IMG/VR virus record: IMGVR_UViG_3300046370_000598
Location: 10,958-74,957 of that record
Length of the DNA stretch: 64,000 bases
Origin: a virus
Strand: one strand, 5' to 3'
The notes beneath the pieces are model-generated. The model was not told where the DNA came from. It was given only the letters and a program-made list of their open reading frames with translations, and did no database searches. The position numbers and the translations under genes were made by a program. Shown here piece by piece: positions 51,413 to 59,576 of this stretch (its first letter is position 1; every line of letters starts with the position of its first letter).

Positions 51413-52034
51413 TCAGGAAAAAATAAAAAAATTACTCAATCAAACAGTTGGTAAAATTCACTATAACGGTTGGAATAATAGGACTGAATATGGTTATCAT
51501 TCATACAAAATAGGTGAGGTAGATATACGAGGACAGAGAAATCCTGCTAAAAGGATAGATGCATATAAAAAATATATAAGTTTCGACAATAAAATCGTAG
51601 TCGACTTTGGTTGTAACGTCGGAGCTATGTTGCATCATATGCCAGAAGTAGATTGCGGTTTAGGTTTCGACTATGACCATCAATGTATTTCTGCAGCGAA
51701 TGAGATATCTAAGATATTAAATTTAAAAAATTTAAATTTCATGAAGCATGATTTTGATAAAGATTGTTATGAATCCTTAAATAATTCCTTGCCAAAATTT
51801 ATAGACATTGCGCTCATTCTTTCTTTAGGTTCTTGGATTCAATCATGGAAGGATTTATATTCTTTATGCTTGAAAAAATCAAAACTTGTTATTTTAGAAG
51901 TAAATAATAAAGAAGAAGGCGCTCCCCAGCTTGATTTTTTCAGATCAAAAGGTAAACAAATTGAAGAAATAAAAAATGCATCTTTAGATGATTTAACTGG
52001 AAACTTCAGAAGAAAAACTTATATAATCAGCTGA
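51405..52034 (+). CDS. Class I SAM-dependent methyltransferase
   Basis: VVDFGCNVG motif I, GFDYD. Confidence 0.8.
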   Translation: MNSQEKIKKLLNQTVGKIHYNGWNNRTEYGYHSYKIGEVDIRGQRNPAKRIDAYKKYISFDNKIVVDFGCNVGAMLHHMPEVDCGLGFDYDHQCISAANEISKILNLKNLNFMKHDFDKDCYESLNNSLPKFIDIALILSLGSWIQSWKDLYSLCLKKSKLVILEVNNKEEGAPQLDFFRSKGKQIEEIKNASLDDLTGNFRRKTYIIS

Positions 52035-52804
52035 TGATAATAGTTAACATACAAGGGGGCTTATGCAATCAACTTTTTCAATGGGCTTGCGGTTTTAATC
52101 TATCTAAAACTCAAGAAGTGTTTTTCGATCTATCTTTCTTCGCTAATCAGTTTACCAATACAATAGTAACTCAAAGAGAATATTTGCTTGATAAAATTCT
52201 AAATACAAATATACCTTTATTAAACAATCAGGTTTATCAAAAGTTCAAGGAAAAACCTATAGAAATTATTTCTGACAATTTTCATTACAAAGATTTTGAT
52301 TTTGAAGCTGATAAAAATTACATATTAAATGGCTATTGGCAATCAGAAAAATATTTTAGTAACTCTAAAAATGACATAAAAAATAATTTTGACTGGCCAA
52401 GAATAAAACATCTTAACTTTGAAGATTCGTGCTCTATTCATGTTCGAAGAGGAGACTATATAACAACCCAACATGTTCACCCCTTACAAACAATAGATTA
52501 CTATAAAAAAGCGATTGAAATATTAAAGCCAAAAGGTAATATCTTTATATTTTCAGACGACATTAATTGGTGTAAATCTAATTTGAATTTCGAAAATAGT
52601 ATTTTTATGGAAAACCACACTAACATTCAAGACTTAAAATATATGAGTTTATGTAAAGATAATATCATTGCAAATAGCAGTTTTAGTTGGTGGGCTGCAT
52701 TCTTGAATGAAAATAAAAATAAAAAAATAATTTGCCCAAAAAATTGGTTTTCTGATAATACAAATGACTCAGATATTAAAAACCCAAATTGGATACAGAT
52801 ATAA
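52034..52804 (+). CDS. GT11 alpha-1,2-fucosyltransferase
   Basis: GGLCNQLFQ, GYWQSEKYF, HVRRGDY, NSSFSWWAA. Confidence 0.92.
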   Translation: MIIVNIQGGLCNQLFQWACGFNLSKTQEVFFDLSFFANQFTNTIVTQREYLLDKILNTNIPLLNNQVYQKFKEKPIEIISDNFHYKDFDFEADKNYILNGYWQSEKYFSNSKNDIKNNFDWPRIKHLNFEDSCSIHVRRGDYITTQHVHPLQTIDYYKKAIEILKPKGNIFIFSDDINWCKSNLNFENSIFMENHTNIQDLKYMSLCKDNIIANSSFSWWAAFLNENKNKKIICPKNWFSDNTNDSDIKNPNWIQI

Positions 52805-52805
52805 A

Positions 52806-53432
52806 ATGAAGATAGGAGTTATTTTTTTTCATCAAAATATATTAAAAATTTACGAACAAAGATGGATAGATAAATGCATTGCATCCATGATGAATCAAAC
52901 CTATCAACCATTGCATTTTTATGAACTTAATTACGGAGACTGCTCTACTCAATTTGTAAGTCAAGCAAAATTTTTTAACGAAAAAATGAAAAACCATTCT
53001 GTTGGAATGAATTTCATAATTACAAAAGCTTTTGAAGATGGATGTGATTATGTTTTTAACACAAATATGGATGATTTTTATGAATTCATAAGAGTTGAGT
53101 GTCAATTAGAATATTTAGAACAAGGTTATGATATAGTCTCTTCTGATTTTTTTGAAGTGGATGTTGATGATAAAATTAAAGCTTATAGACATATGGGTGC
53201 CAATGGAAGTGTTAGAGCTAATTTAAAAGTTAATCATAATGTAGTGCCACATCCAGCTGTTGCTTATAATAAAGAGTTTTGGCAAGATAAAAGCAACAGA
53301 TATGGAGAAGATGACATACCTGAGGAAGATTTAATATTATGGAATAAATCAATTCATAATGGATATAAATTTAAAGTAATCGGAGAGCCTTTATTTTTCT
53401 ACCGAAGACATGCAAATCAAATATGTAAATAA
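52806..53432 (+). CDS. GT2-like glycosyltransferase
   Basis: SMMNQT, NMDD, HPAV, EDLILW, YRRH; probable start MKIGV. Confidence 0.65.
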   Translation: MKIGVIFFHQNILKIYEQRWIDKCIASMMNQTYQPLHFYELNYGDCSTQFVSQAKFFNEKMKNHSVGMNFIITKAFEDGCDYVFNTNMDDFYEFIRVECQLEYLEQGYDIVSSDFFEVDVDDKIKAYRHMGANGSVRANLKVNHNVVPHPAVAYNKEFWQDKSNRYGEDDIPEEDLILWNKSIHNGYKFKVIGEPLFFYRRHANQICK

Positions 53433-53438
53433 TATAAA

Positions 53439-54470
53439 ATGAAAAAAATAATAGTAACAGGAGTAACGGGACAAGATGGCAGCCATATGGTTGACTATCT
53501 GTTAAAAAATACCGAACACAATATATATGGAGCGGTCCGCAGGTTAAGTGTGAAAAATCACGAAAACATTCTACACTTAGAAAATGAACCTCGATTCAAA
53601 TTGATTAATATGGATCTTAATGATGCGCACAGTATTAGAGATGTTATAATTGATATTCAACCTGATTATTTTATTAATTTTGCAGCGCAGTCTTTCGTTG
53701 CAGGTAGTTGGGATTATCCAATTCAAACATGGGATACTGATGCGGATGCAGTGCTTCATATACTAGAATCTGTAAGAAGATTTGCTACTAACTGCAGATT
53801 CTACAACGCAGGATCTTCAGAGGAATTTGGGGATGTAGTTTGCTCGCCTCAAAACGAAGAGCATCCTTTAAGACCTCAAAGTCCTTATGGTGCAGCTAAA
53901 TGCGCAGCAAGACACCTTGTTAGGGTTTACAGAGAATCGTATAATTTATACGCTATACAAGGCTGGCTTTTTAATCATGAAGGCACTCGCCGAGGACTCG
54001 ATTTTGTAACCAGAAAAATAACGCATAGTGTTGCCAAAATAAAAATAGCCATGGAAGAGGGAAAACAAATCCCTGTTTTAAAACTTGGAAACATAGATGC
54101 AAAAAGAGATTGGAGTGATGCAGAAGATTTCATGGAAGGTGTTTGGTTAATGTTAAATCAAGCCGCCCCAAAAAATTATGTTTTAGGAAGTGGAGAAATG
54201 CATACTGTTAGAGAATTTTTAAACGAGTCCCTAAAGTGCGCAAATATAAAATTCTCTTCTTTCGGGGAGAGTGGTGAAGAAAAATATTTCAATGAAAACA
54301 GAGATTTAATTTTTGAAGTCGATCCAAAATTTTACAGACCCGCGGAAGTTCATGAATTATGCGGAGACTGCAGTTTAGCAGAAAATGAAATGGGATGGAC
54401 AAGGAAAACTGACTTTTATGGATTAGTTAAAAAAATGTATCAAAACGATTATACTTTATTATATAAATGA
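53439..54470 (+). CDS. gmd: GDP-mannose 4,6-dehydratase
   Basis: TGVTGQDG, AAQSFV, SPYGAAK, FNHE, FVTRKI, RDW, RPAEV. Confidence 0.95.
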   Translation: MKKIIVTGVTGQDGSHMVDYLLKNTEHNIYGAVRRLSVKNHENILHLENEPRFKLINMDLNDAHSIRDVIIDIQPDYFINFAAQSFVAGSWDYPIQTWDTDADAVLHILESVRRFATNCRFYNAGSSEEFGDVVCSPQNEEHPLRPQSPYGAAKCAARHLVRVYRESYNLYAIQGWLFNHEGTRRGLDFVTRKITHSVAKIKIAMEEGKQIPVLKLGNIDAKRDWSDAEDFMEGVWLMLNQAAPKNYVLGSGEMHTVREFLNESLKCANIKFSSFGESGEEKYFNENRDLIFEVDPKFYRPAEVHELCGDCSLAENEMGWTRKTDFYGLVKKMYQNDYTLLYK

Positions 54471-55423
54471 AACGCTCAAAAATTTTTGTAGCTGGACATG
54501 CTGGTATGGTAGGTTCGGCAGTTGTTAAATATTTAAAATCAACCGGATGCGAAAACATTATCACAAAAACCAGAAAACAACTTGATTTAACAAAGCAAGC
54601 AAAAGTAAATAGTTTTTTCGATAGAGAACGTCCTGAGGTTGTTGTTGTATGCGCTGCCAAAGTTGGAGGTATTTTAGCGAATAATACTTATCGTGCAGAT
54701 TTTATATATGAAAATCTACAAATAGCTACAAATTTAATACATGCATCCCACATATATAATGTTCATAAATTAATTAATCTCGGAAGTTCATGCATCTACC
54801 CTAAAGAAGCGGATCTCCCAATTAAAGAAGAATATTTATTAACTAACGTTTTAGAAAAAACAAATGAGCCTTATGCTATAGCAAAAATTGCAGCCATTAA
54901 ATTATGTGAAAGTTTTTACCACCAATATGGCCATAATTTTTATTCAATTATGCCGTGTAATATGTACGGCCCCGGAGATAATTTCAACTTGGAAACCTCG
55001 CACGTTTTACCCGCGTTAATCAGAAAGGTTCATGAAGCTAAACAAAACAAGAAACAGTCAGTAGAAGTTTGGGGTAGCGGAAAACCATTGAGGGAATTTT
55101 TGCACGTTGATGATCTTGCAGAAGCAATAGTATATTGTTTAGAGAATGTAAGCGCATCAGATATATATGAAAAACAAATCTCTCATTTAAATTGTGGATC
55201 AAATGATGAAGTGTCAATACTTGAGTTAGTATCTTTAATAAAAAAAGTTGTTAGGTATAAAGGCGATGTTATTTTTGACTCTTCTAAGCCTGACGGAACT
55301 TTTAGAAAGAAGATGGATAATACTCAAATATCAAGTATAGGATTTAATCCAAAAATACCACTAGAAAAAGGACTAAAAAATACATATAATTGGTATATAG
55401 AAAATCAACATAAATTTGTGTAA
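54467..55423 (+). CDS. fcl: GDP-L-fucose synthase
   Basis: GHAGMVGS, AAKVGGI, LGSSCIYP, YAIAK, SHVLPAL, WGSGKPLREFLHVDD. Confidence 0.95.
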   Translation: MKRSKIFVAGHAGMVGSAVVKYLKSTGCENIITKTRKQLDLTKQAKVNSFFDRERPEVVVVCAAKVGGILANNTYRADFIYENLQIATNLIHASHIYNVHKLINLGSSCIYPKEADLPIKEEYLLTNVLEKTNEPYAIAKIAAIKLCESFYHQYGHNFYSIMPCNMYGPGDNFNLETSHVLPALIRKVHEAKQNKKQSVEVWGSGKPLREFLHVDDLAEAIVYCLENVSASDIYEKQISHLNCGSNDEVSILELVSLIKKVVRYKGDVIFDSSKPDGTFRKKMDNTQISSIGFNPKIPLEKGLKNTYNWYIENQHKFV

Positions 55424-55432
55424 TAACTAAAC

Positions 55433-56650
55433 ATGAAAAATCAATCTAAATCACCTAAACGCCCTGGGCCGAAAAGTTCAGCGCAAACACCCGCAAAGAA
55501 ATCTGAGCAGAAAAAAGGTTCGGACAAAAATAAATCTGGCAGCGCAGGCAAAGACGGAGGTAAAATAACTTTCTCTGATAGGGTTTTGGAATCTTTAAAG
55601 TCCAAAGTTAAAGAGCATAACGCCAAGCATAGTAAAAAAGTAACCTTGTCTCAACTTAAGAAAGTATATAGAAGAGGAGCTGGAGCTTTTTCTTCTAGCC
55701 ATCGCCCAGGAAAAAGTCGTGGGCAGTGGTCTATGGCGAGGGTCAATATGTTTTTAAAAATGGTACGCGGAGGAAAAGTTAAAGATAGCTATCGCAAGGC
55801 TGATCAGGATGTAGCAAAAGCTTCTGCTGGAGTTATGATAGATGATGGAATTAGAGATGAACTTAATTTATTTACAGAAGAAGATTTAATTGCTGCAAAG
55901 CTAGATATTCACAACTATCAGTTGCAAGAAGACCCTCATTTTACAGAAGAAATGTGGAGCACTATTTTTATTGATGTTGACGAATTGGGTTTTGAAGAAT
56001 ATGTTGATGAAGAGAGCTGGGCTTCTGAAGCTAACAAAGGTAAAAAATTAAACAAACCTTTCAGAACTCCAAAAGGCCCAAAGAAATTTTCTGTATACGT
56101 CAAAAACGAAAAAGGAAATGTAGTTAAAGTAAACTTTGGAGATCCTAATATGGAAATAAAACGAGACGACCCTAATCGAAGAAAAAATTTCAGAGCAAGG
56201 CATAATTGTGCAAATCCAGGGCCAAAAACAAAAGCCCGATATTGGAGTTGTAAAATGTGGAGTAAAAAAAGTGTCACAAATGTAACTAAAGGTGAGGAAG
56301 AAAATTTAGAATCTCAAGAAGGGATTACATCTCCAGTAGGAGAAAAAGGCCCTGAAGGCCCAACTAGTCAAGATGCGGAAGCGGGTCTTTGGGAAAATAT
56401 TCAAAAGAAGAAAAAAAGAATGGGTAAAAATTATAAACCTGCTAAACCAGGAGATAAAGATTACCCATCTAAGGAAGCCATTAAAAAAGCGCAATCTAAA
56501 AAAATGAAAAAAGACTATGCGGCAGAAGAGGAGTTTAAACCTCATATTATGTATGATCCAAAAACAGGAAAAGGTTATAAAGCCAAAACTATGGAAGATC
56601 ATTTAAAAATGAAGAAAATGGGATATACTCACGAGAAGCCTAAGGTTTAA
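55433..56650 (+). CDS. Modular basic protein, probable internal head protein
   Basis: VYRRGAGAFSSSHRPG..QWSMARVN; KPFRTP.GPKKF.VYV..FGDP..FRARHNC..ARYWSC (DUF6321-like); GLWENI; FKPH.MYDPKTG modules. Confidence 0.55.
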   Translation: MKNQSKSPKRPGPKSSAQTPAKKSEQKKGSDKNKSGSAGKDGGKITFSDRVLESLKSKVKEHNAKHSKKVTLSQLKKVYRRGAGAFSSSHRPGKSRGQWSMARVNMFLKMVRGGKVKDSYRKADQDVAKASAGVMIDDGIRDELNLFTEEDLIAAKLDIHNYQLQEDPHFTEEMWSTIFIDVDELGFEEYVDEESWASEANKGKKLNKPFRTPKGPKKFSVYVKNEKGNVVKVNFGDPNMEIKRDDPNRRKNFRARHNCANPGPKTKARYWSCKMWSKKSVTNVTKGEEENLESQEGITSPVGEKGPEGPTSQDAEAGLWENIQKKKKRMGKNYKPAKPGDKDYPSKEAIKKAQSKKMKKDYAAEEEFKPHIMYDPKTGKGYKAKTMEDHLKMKKMGYTHEKPKV

Positions 56651-56673
56651 AAATTTTAACAACTTAAAACCCT

Positions 56674-56706
56674 AAAACCCCGCTTTATCTTGGCGGGGTT
56701 TTTTTT
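56674..56706 (+). terminator. Rho-independent terminator
   Basis: AAAACCCCGC-loop-GCGGGG-T8. Confidence 0.85.
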
Positions 56707-56721
56707 GGCACGATTATAGCA
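56706..56721 (+). promoter_or_regulatory. Sigma54 (-24/-12) promoter candidate
   Basis: TGGCACG-ATTA-TAGCA versus consensus TGGCACG-N4-TTGCW. Confidence 0.6.
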
Positions 56722-56809
56722 AATATAATATTGTAAATCCAATAATGCAGTCATTATTGGGACAAACTTACACACTATACATAAACTACAATTAAAACAA
56801 GGAGACAAT

Positions 56810-57205
56810 ATGTCATATTATATTAAAAACAATAATTCTATAGACTCAATATTTAATTCTTTTTTTGAAAATCTATATAAACAAGATAATGTTTTTTCAA
56901 GAAAGTCTAATATCATAAATGATGATGATTCTATAATTATAGAAGTAGAAGCCCCAGGCTTATCCAAAAAAGATATCAACATACAAATTAAAGAAGATAT
57001 TCTTTATGTTGTCCATGAGGGCCAAACGGATTGCGCCCAGAAATATTCTCAGCAGGAAATATTCTTTGAGTCTTTCGAGAATAAATACAAACTGGAAAAC
57101 AGCATGGATAAAAAAAATATATCAGCAACAATGAATAACGGAATATTAAAAATTAAAATACCAAAAAACAAAAATAAAAACAATACAAGAATAAAAATAA
57201 CTTGA
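56810..57205 (+). CDS. Small heat-shock protein Hsp20
   Basis: EAPGLSKKDI, ATMNNGILKIKIPK; AGGAGA Shine-Dalgarno. Confidence 0.9.
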   Translation: MSYYIKNNNSIDSIFNSFFENLYKQDNVFSRKSNIINDDDSIIIEVEAPGLSKKDINIQIKEDILYVVHEGQTDCAQKYSQQEIFFESFENKYKLENSMDKKNISATMNNGILKIKIPKNKNKNNTRIKIT

Positions 57206-57229
57206 CATTCTCTAATAATAATATATTAT
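57202..57229 (+). promoter_or_regulatory. Sigma70-type promoter
   Basis: TTGACA-16-TATTAT upstream of the porin gene. Confidence 0.5.
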
Positions 57230-57245
57230 AGTGTTCATTAATATT

Positions 57246-57899
57246 ATGAAAACAACAACATTAATCATTACAGCCCTTTGTGGTTTTTTTATTAACGCAG
57301 CCCTAGCAGGAAATTATACCCTTCAAACAAAATATTCTTCGGATTATTTTTATCGAGGTTCACTTAAAGCGCAAGAATCTATTCAATTAGGTGTTGGCGC
57401 AAGTGGAAAAGTTCTTGATTTAGATTATTCGCTTGGAGCATTCTCTAATCAATCTATTGATAACGGCGCAGATACATACATCCTATCAGCAGGAGTATCT
57501 AAGTCTTTTCTTGATAGTTTGGTTTCTGTATATGCAGGGGTAAATCACGTAGAAGATGTAGATGGACAAGCAGTAATGGAAGGAGAGGTTAGTTTTGAAT
57601 TCAATACAATTCTATCTCCAACTATTTCTGCATTCAGAGATTTAGATTCAGATAACTGGACTACAGAATTATCTTTATCTCATCAGATTGATTTAAAATT
57701 GGCTAATCTTGAAATTCAAGGTTTTGCTGGAAACACTGAAAATTCATCTTCTCAAGAAGAAACGTATTACTCTATTGGCGCAGAATTTTCTCGACCCCTA
57801 ACAGAAAGCTCTACAATTTCTTTAGATGTTTCGAGAGTTGATGCAGATTCAATAAATGAAGAATACGTTCTAGGATTAGGTGTTTCGGTAAATTTTTAA
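57246..57899 (+). CDS. Outer-membrane beta-barrel protein (Gcw_chp/TorF-like)
   Basis: Signal peptide ending ALA, SDYFYRG, alternating beta strands, C-terminal Phe (GVSVNF). Confidence 0.7.
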   Translation: MKTTTLIITALCGFFINAALAGNYTLQTKYSSDYFYRGSLKAQESIQLGVGASGKVLDLDYSLGAFSNQSIDNGADTYILSAGVSKSFLDSLVSVYAGVNHVEDVDGQAVMEGEVSFEFNTILSPTISAFRDLDSDNWTTELSLSHQIDLKLANLEIQGFAGNTENSSSQEETYYSIGAEFSRPLTESSTISLDVSRVDADSINEEYVLGLGVSVNF

Positions 57900-57924
57900 T
57901 TTATATAAATTTATTTTAGTTATC

Positions 57925-57946
57925 AGCCGCCTTCGGGCGGCTTTTT
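57925..57946 (+). terminator. Rho-independent terminator
   Basis: AGCCGCC-TTCG-GGCGGCT-TTTT. Confidence 0.9.
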
Positions 57947-58090
57947 ATTGCTTGGAAAGTACATTTAGCTTCTCAAGAGTCAATTTTTCCTGTATATATA
58001 GGTATGAGCAAAAGAATAAGCACAAAAGAGCTGTCGGTTAATAAAGACAATGTTAGATTAACGGCAGAAAATGGTAACTTGATAATTAAT
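57925..58090 (+). repeat. ~165-bp direct repeat, copy 1 (terminator + promoter + 5' coding)
   Basis: Near-identical to 59410-59576. Confidence 0.9.
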
Positions 58091-59371
58091 AGTGTTGACG
58101 CAGGTGGAGATCTTTCCCCAATTACTTCTACTACTATTAGAGATCAAGAAATCTCAAGTTTAGCTGCAGAATTGAATGCGGAAAAATTTTCTGTTTTAGA
58201 TGTAGTTAAGCATTCAACCTATGGAATATTGATTGATTCTGTACAGACGGGATCTGGAAGTCATCAACAAACTTTTGAATTAGCTGGTAGGACTTTTTTA
58301 AATAAACCCGTAGTCACAGCAACTATGGTTGGAAATCCAAATGATCCAATATATGATATAACAATATCTGAAGTAAAAGAGACTGCAAATGCAGGTCATT
58401 ACGAAGTAACTTTTGAATTCTCTGATGAGTTACAAGCTGCATTACCAGACGGAACCCCAACTTCATACAAGATAAATGTCTTGGCGGTTGATGATGGAGC
58501 TGATTCTGATCTTGATGGAATTCCAGATCATACAGATACAGATGATGATAACGACGGAACTTTAGACACAGAAGACTCTCATCCCACTGATCCTTATGAC
58601 GGGCAAACTCAAATAGGTATCTTATTAGCTCCAACAGAATCAGGGACTAATATTACTGATTTAAGTTCAAATTCTCGCGATCTAACTTTAATTGGAGATG
58701 TATCAGTCGATGGAGCAAAAACATTATTTGGGCAGAATACCATTAATTTTAGCGACGGAGATCGCATAAGATTTGGTCCTGCAGATTGGTTAAATTTTGA
58801 CCAAAATGGAAGTTTTACAATTGAAACTTGGTTTAACTTAGATACTTATGGCTACGGAGGATATTCTGCAATATTTGGTTCGTCACCAGTAGATAATTGG
58901 ACATTTGATAGTGTTTATAACTCAGGTTCTGTCCAAAACAATCCAAGGTACAAAAGATTAGGTTTAACAGTTCAAGCGGATCAAATACATGCATATGCTT
59001 CAGATTTGACTGGAAATGGTCAAAATGCTTCAGACGTAGGTATAGAAGGGTCTACACAAGTAAATTTAGACACTTGGTATCATATTGCTTTAGTTTATAT
59101 TAAAGACGAATATAAATTTAAACTTTACCTTGATGGTCAATTCATAGGAGAAGATTCTTGGCAATCTTCAAATAGCTTAGATATAAGCGGTCATTACTTC
59201 GATATAGGTGGAACCTCACACTGGACAGAACACCCATCTAACGACACATATTTAGATGAATCTCCAGATGGTAAATCTTCTGAATTATTTGGCGCATTAC
59301 AAGGGTTTAAGATAAGTGATGAAGCAGTTTACTTAGACAACTTCAGCGTTCCAACTCAGCTTCCAAGTTGA
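58004..59371 (+). CDS. Fibre/adhesin: shared anchor, lectin-like domain, TSP3-like Ca-binding repeat, LamG domain
   Basis: ELSVN..VRLTAENGNL; DSDLDGIPD..DTDDDNDG; FTIETWF...WYHIALV..KLYLDG. Confidence 0.75.
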   Translation: MSKRISTKELSVNKDNVRLTAENGNLIINSVDAGGDLSPITSTTIRDQEISSLAAELNAEKFSVLDVVKHSTYGILIDSVQTGSGSHQQTFELAGRTFLNKPVVTATMVGNPNDPIYDITISEVKETANAGHYEVTFEFSDELQAALPDGTPTSYKINVLAVDDGADSDLDGIPDHTDTDDDNDGTLDTEDSHPTDPYDGQTQIGILLAPTESGTNITDLSSNSRDLTLIGDVSVDGAKTLFGQNTINFSDGDRIRFGPADWLNFDQNGSFTIETWFNLDTYGYGGYSAIFGSSPVDNWTFDSVYNSGSVQNNPRYKRLGLTVQADQIHAYASDLTGNGQNASDVGIEGSTQVNLDTWYHIALVYIKDEYKFKLYLDGQFIGEDSWQSSNSLDISGHYFDIGGTSHWTEHPSNDTYLDESPDGKSSELFGALQGFKISDEAVYLDNFSVPTQLPS

Positions 59372-59409
59372 TAAATATTTACTTTAAAAGTATCAATTAT
59401 TTAATTAAA

Positions 59410-59576
59410 AGCCGCCTTCGGGCGGCTTTTTTATTACTTGGAAAGTACATTTAGCTTCTCAAGAGTCAATTTTTCCTGTATATATAAGTATGAGCAAAAA
59501 ATTAAGCGCTAAAGAGCTGTCGGTTAATCAAGACAAAGTTAGGTTAACGGCAGAAAATGATAACTTGATAGTTAAT
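59410..59576 (+). repeat. ~165-bp direct repeat, copy 2 (includes terminator 59410-59432)
   Basis: Near-identical to 57925-58090. Confidence 0.9.
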
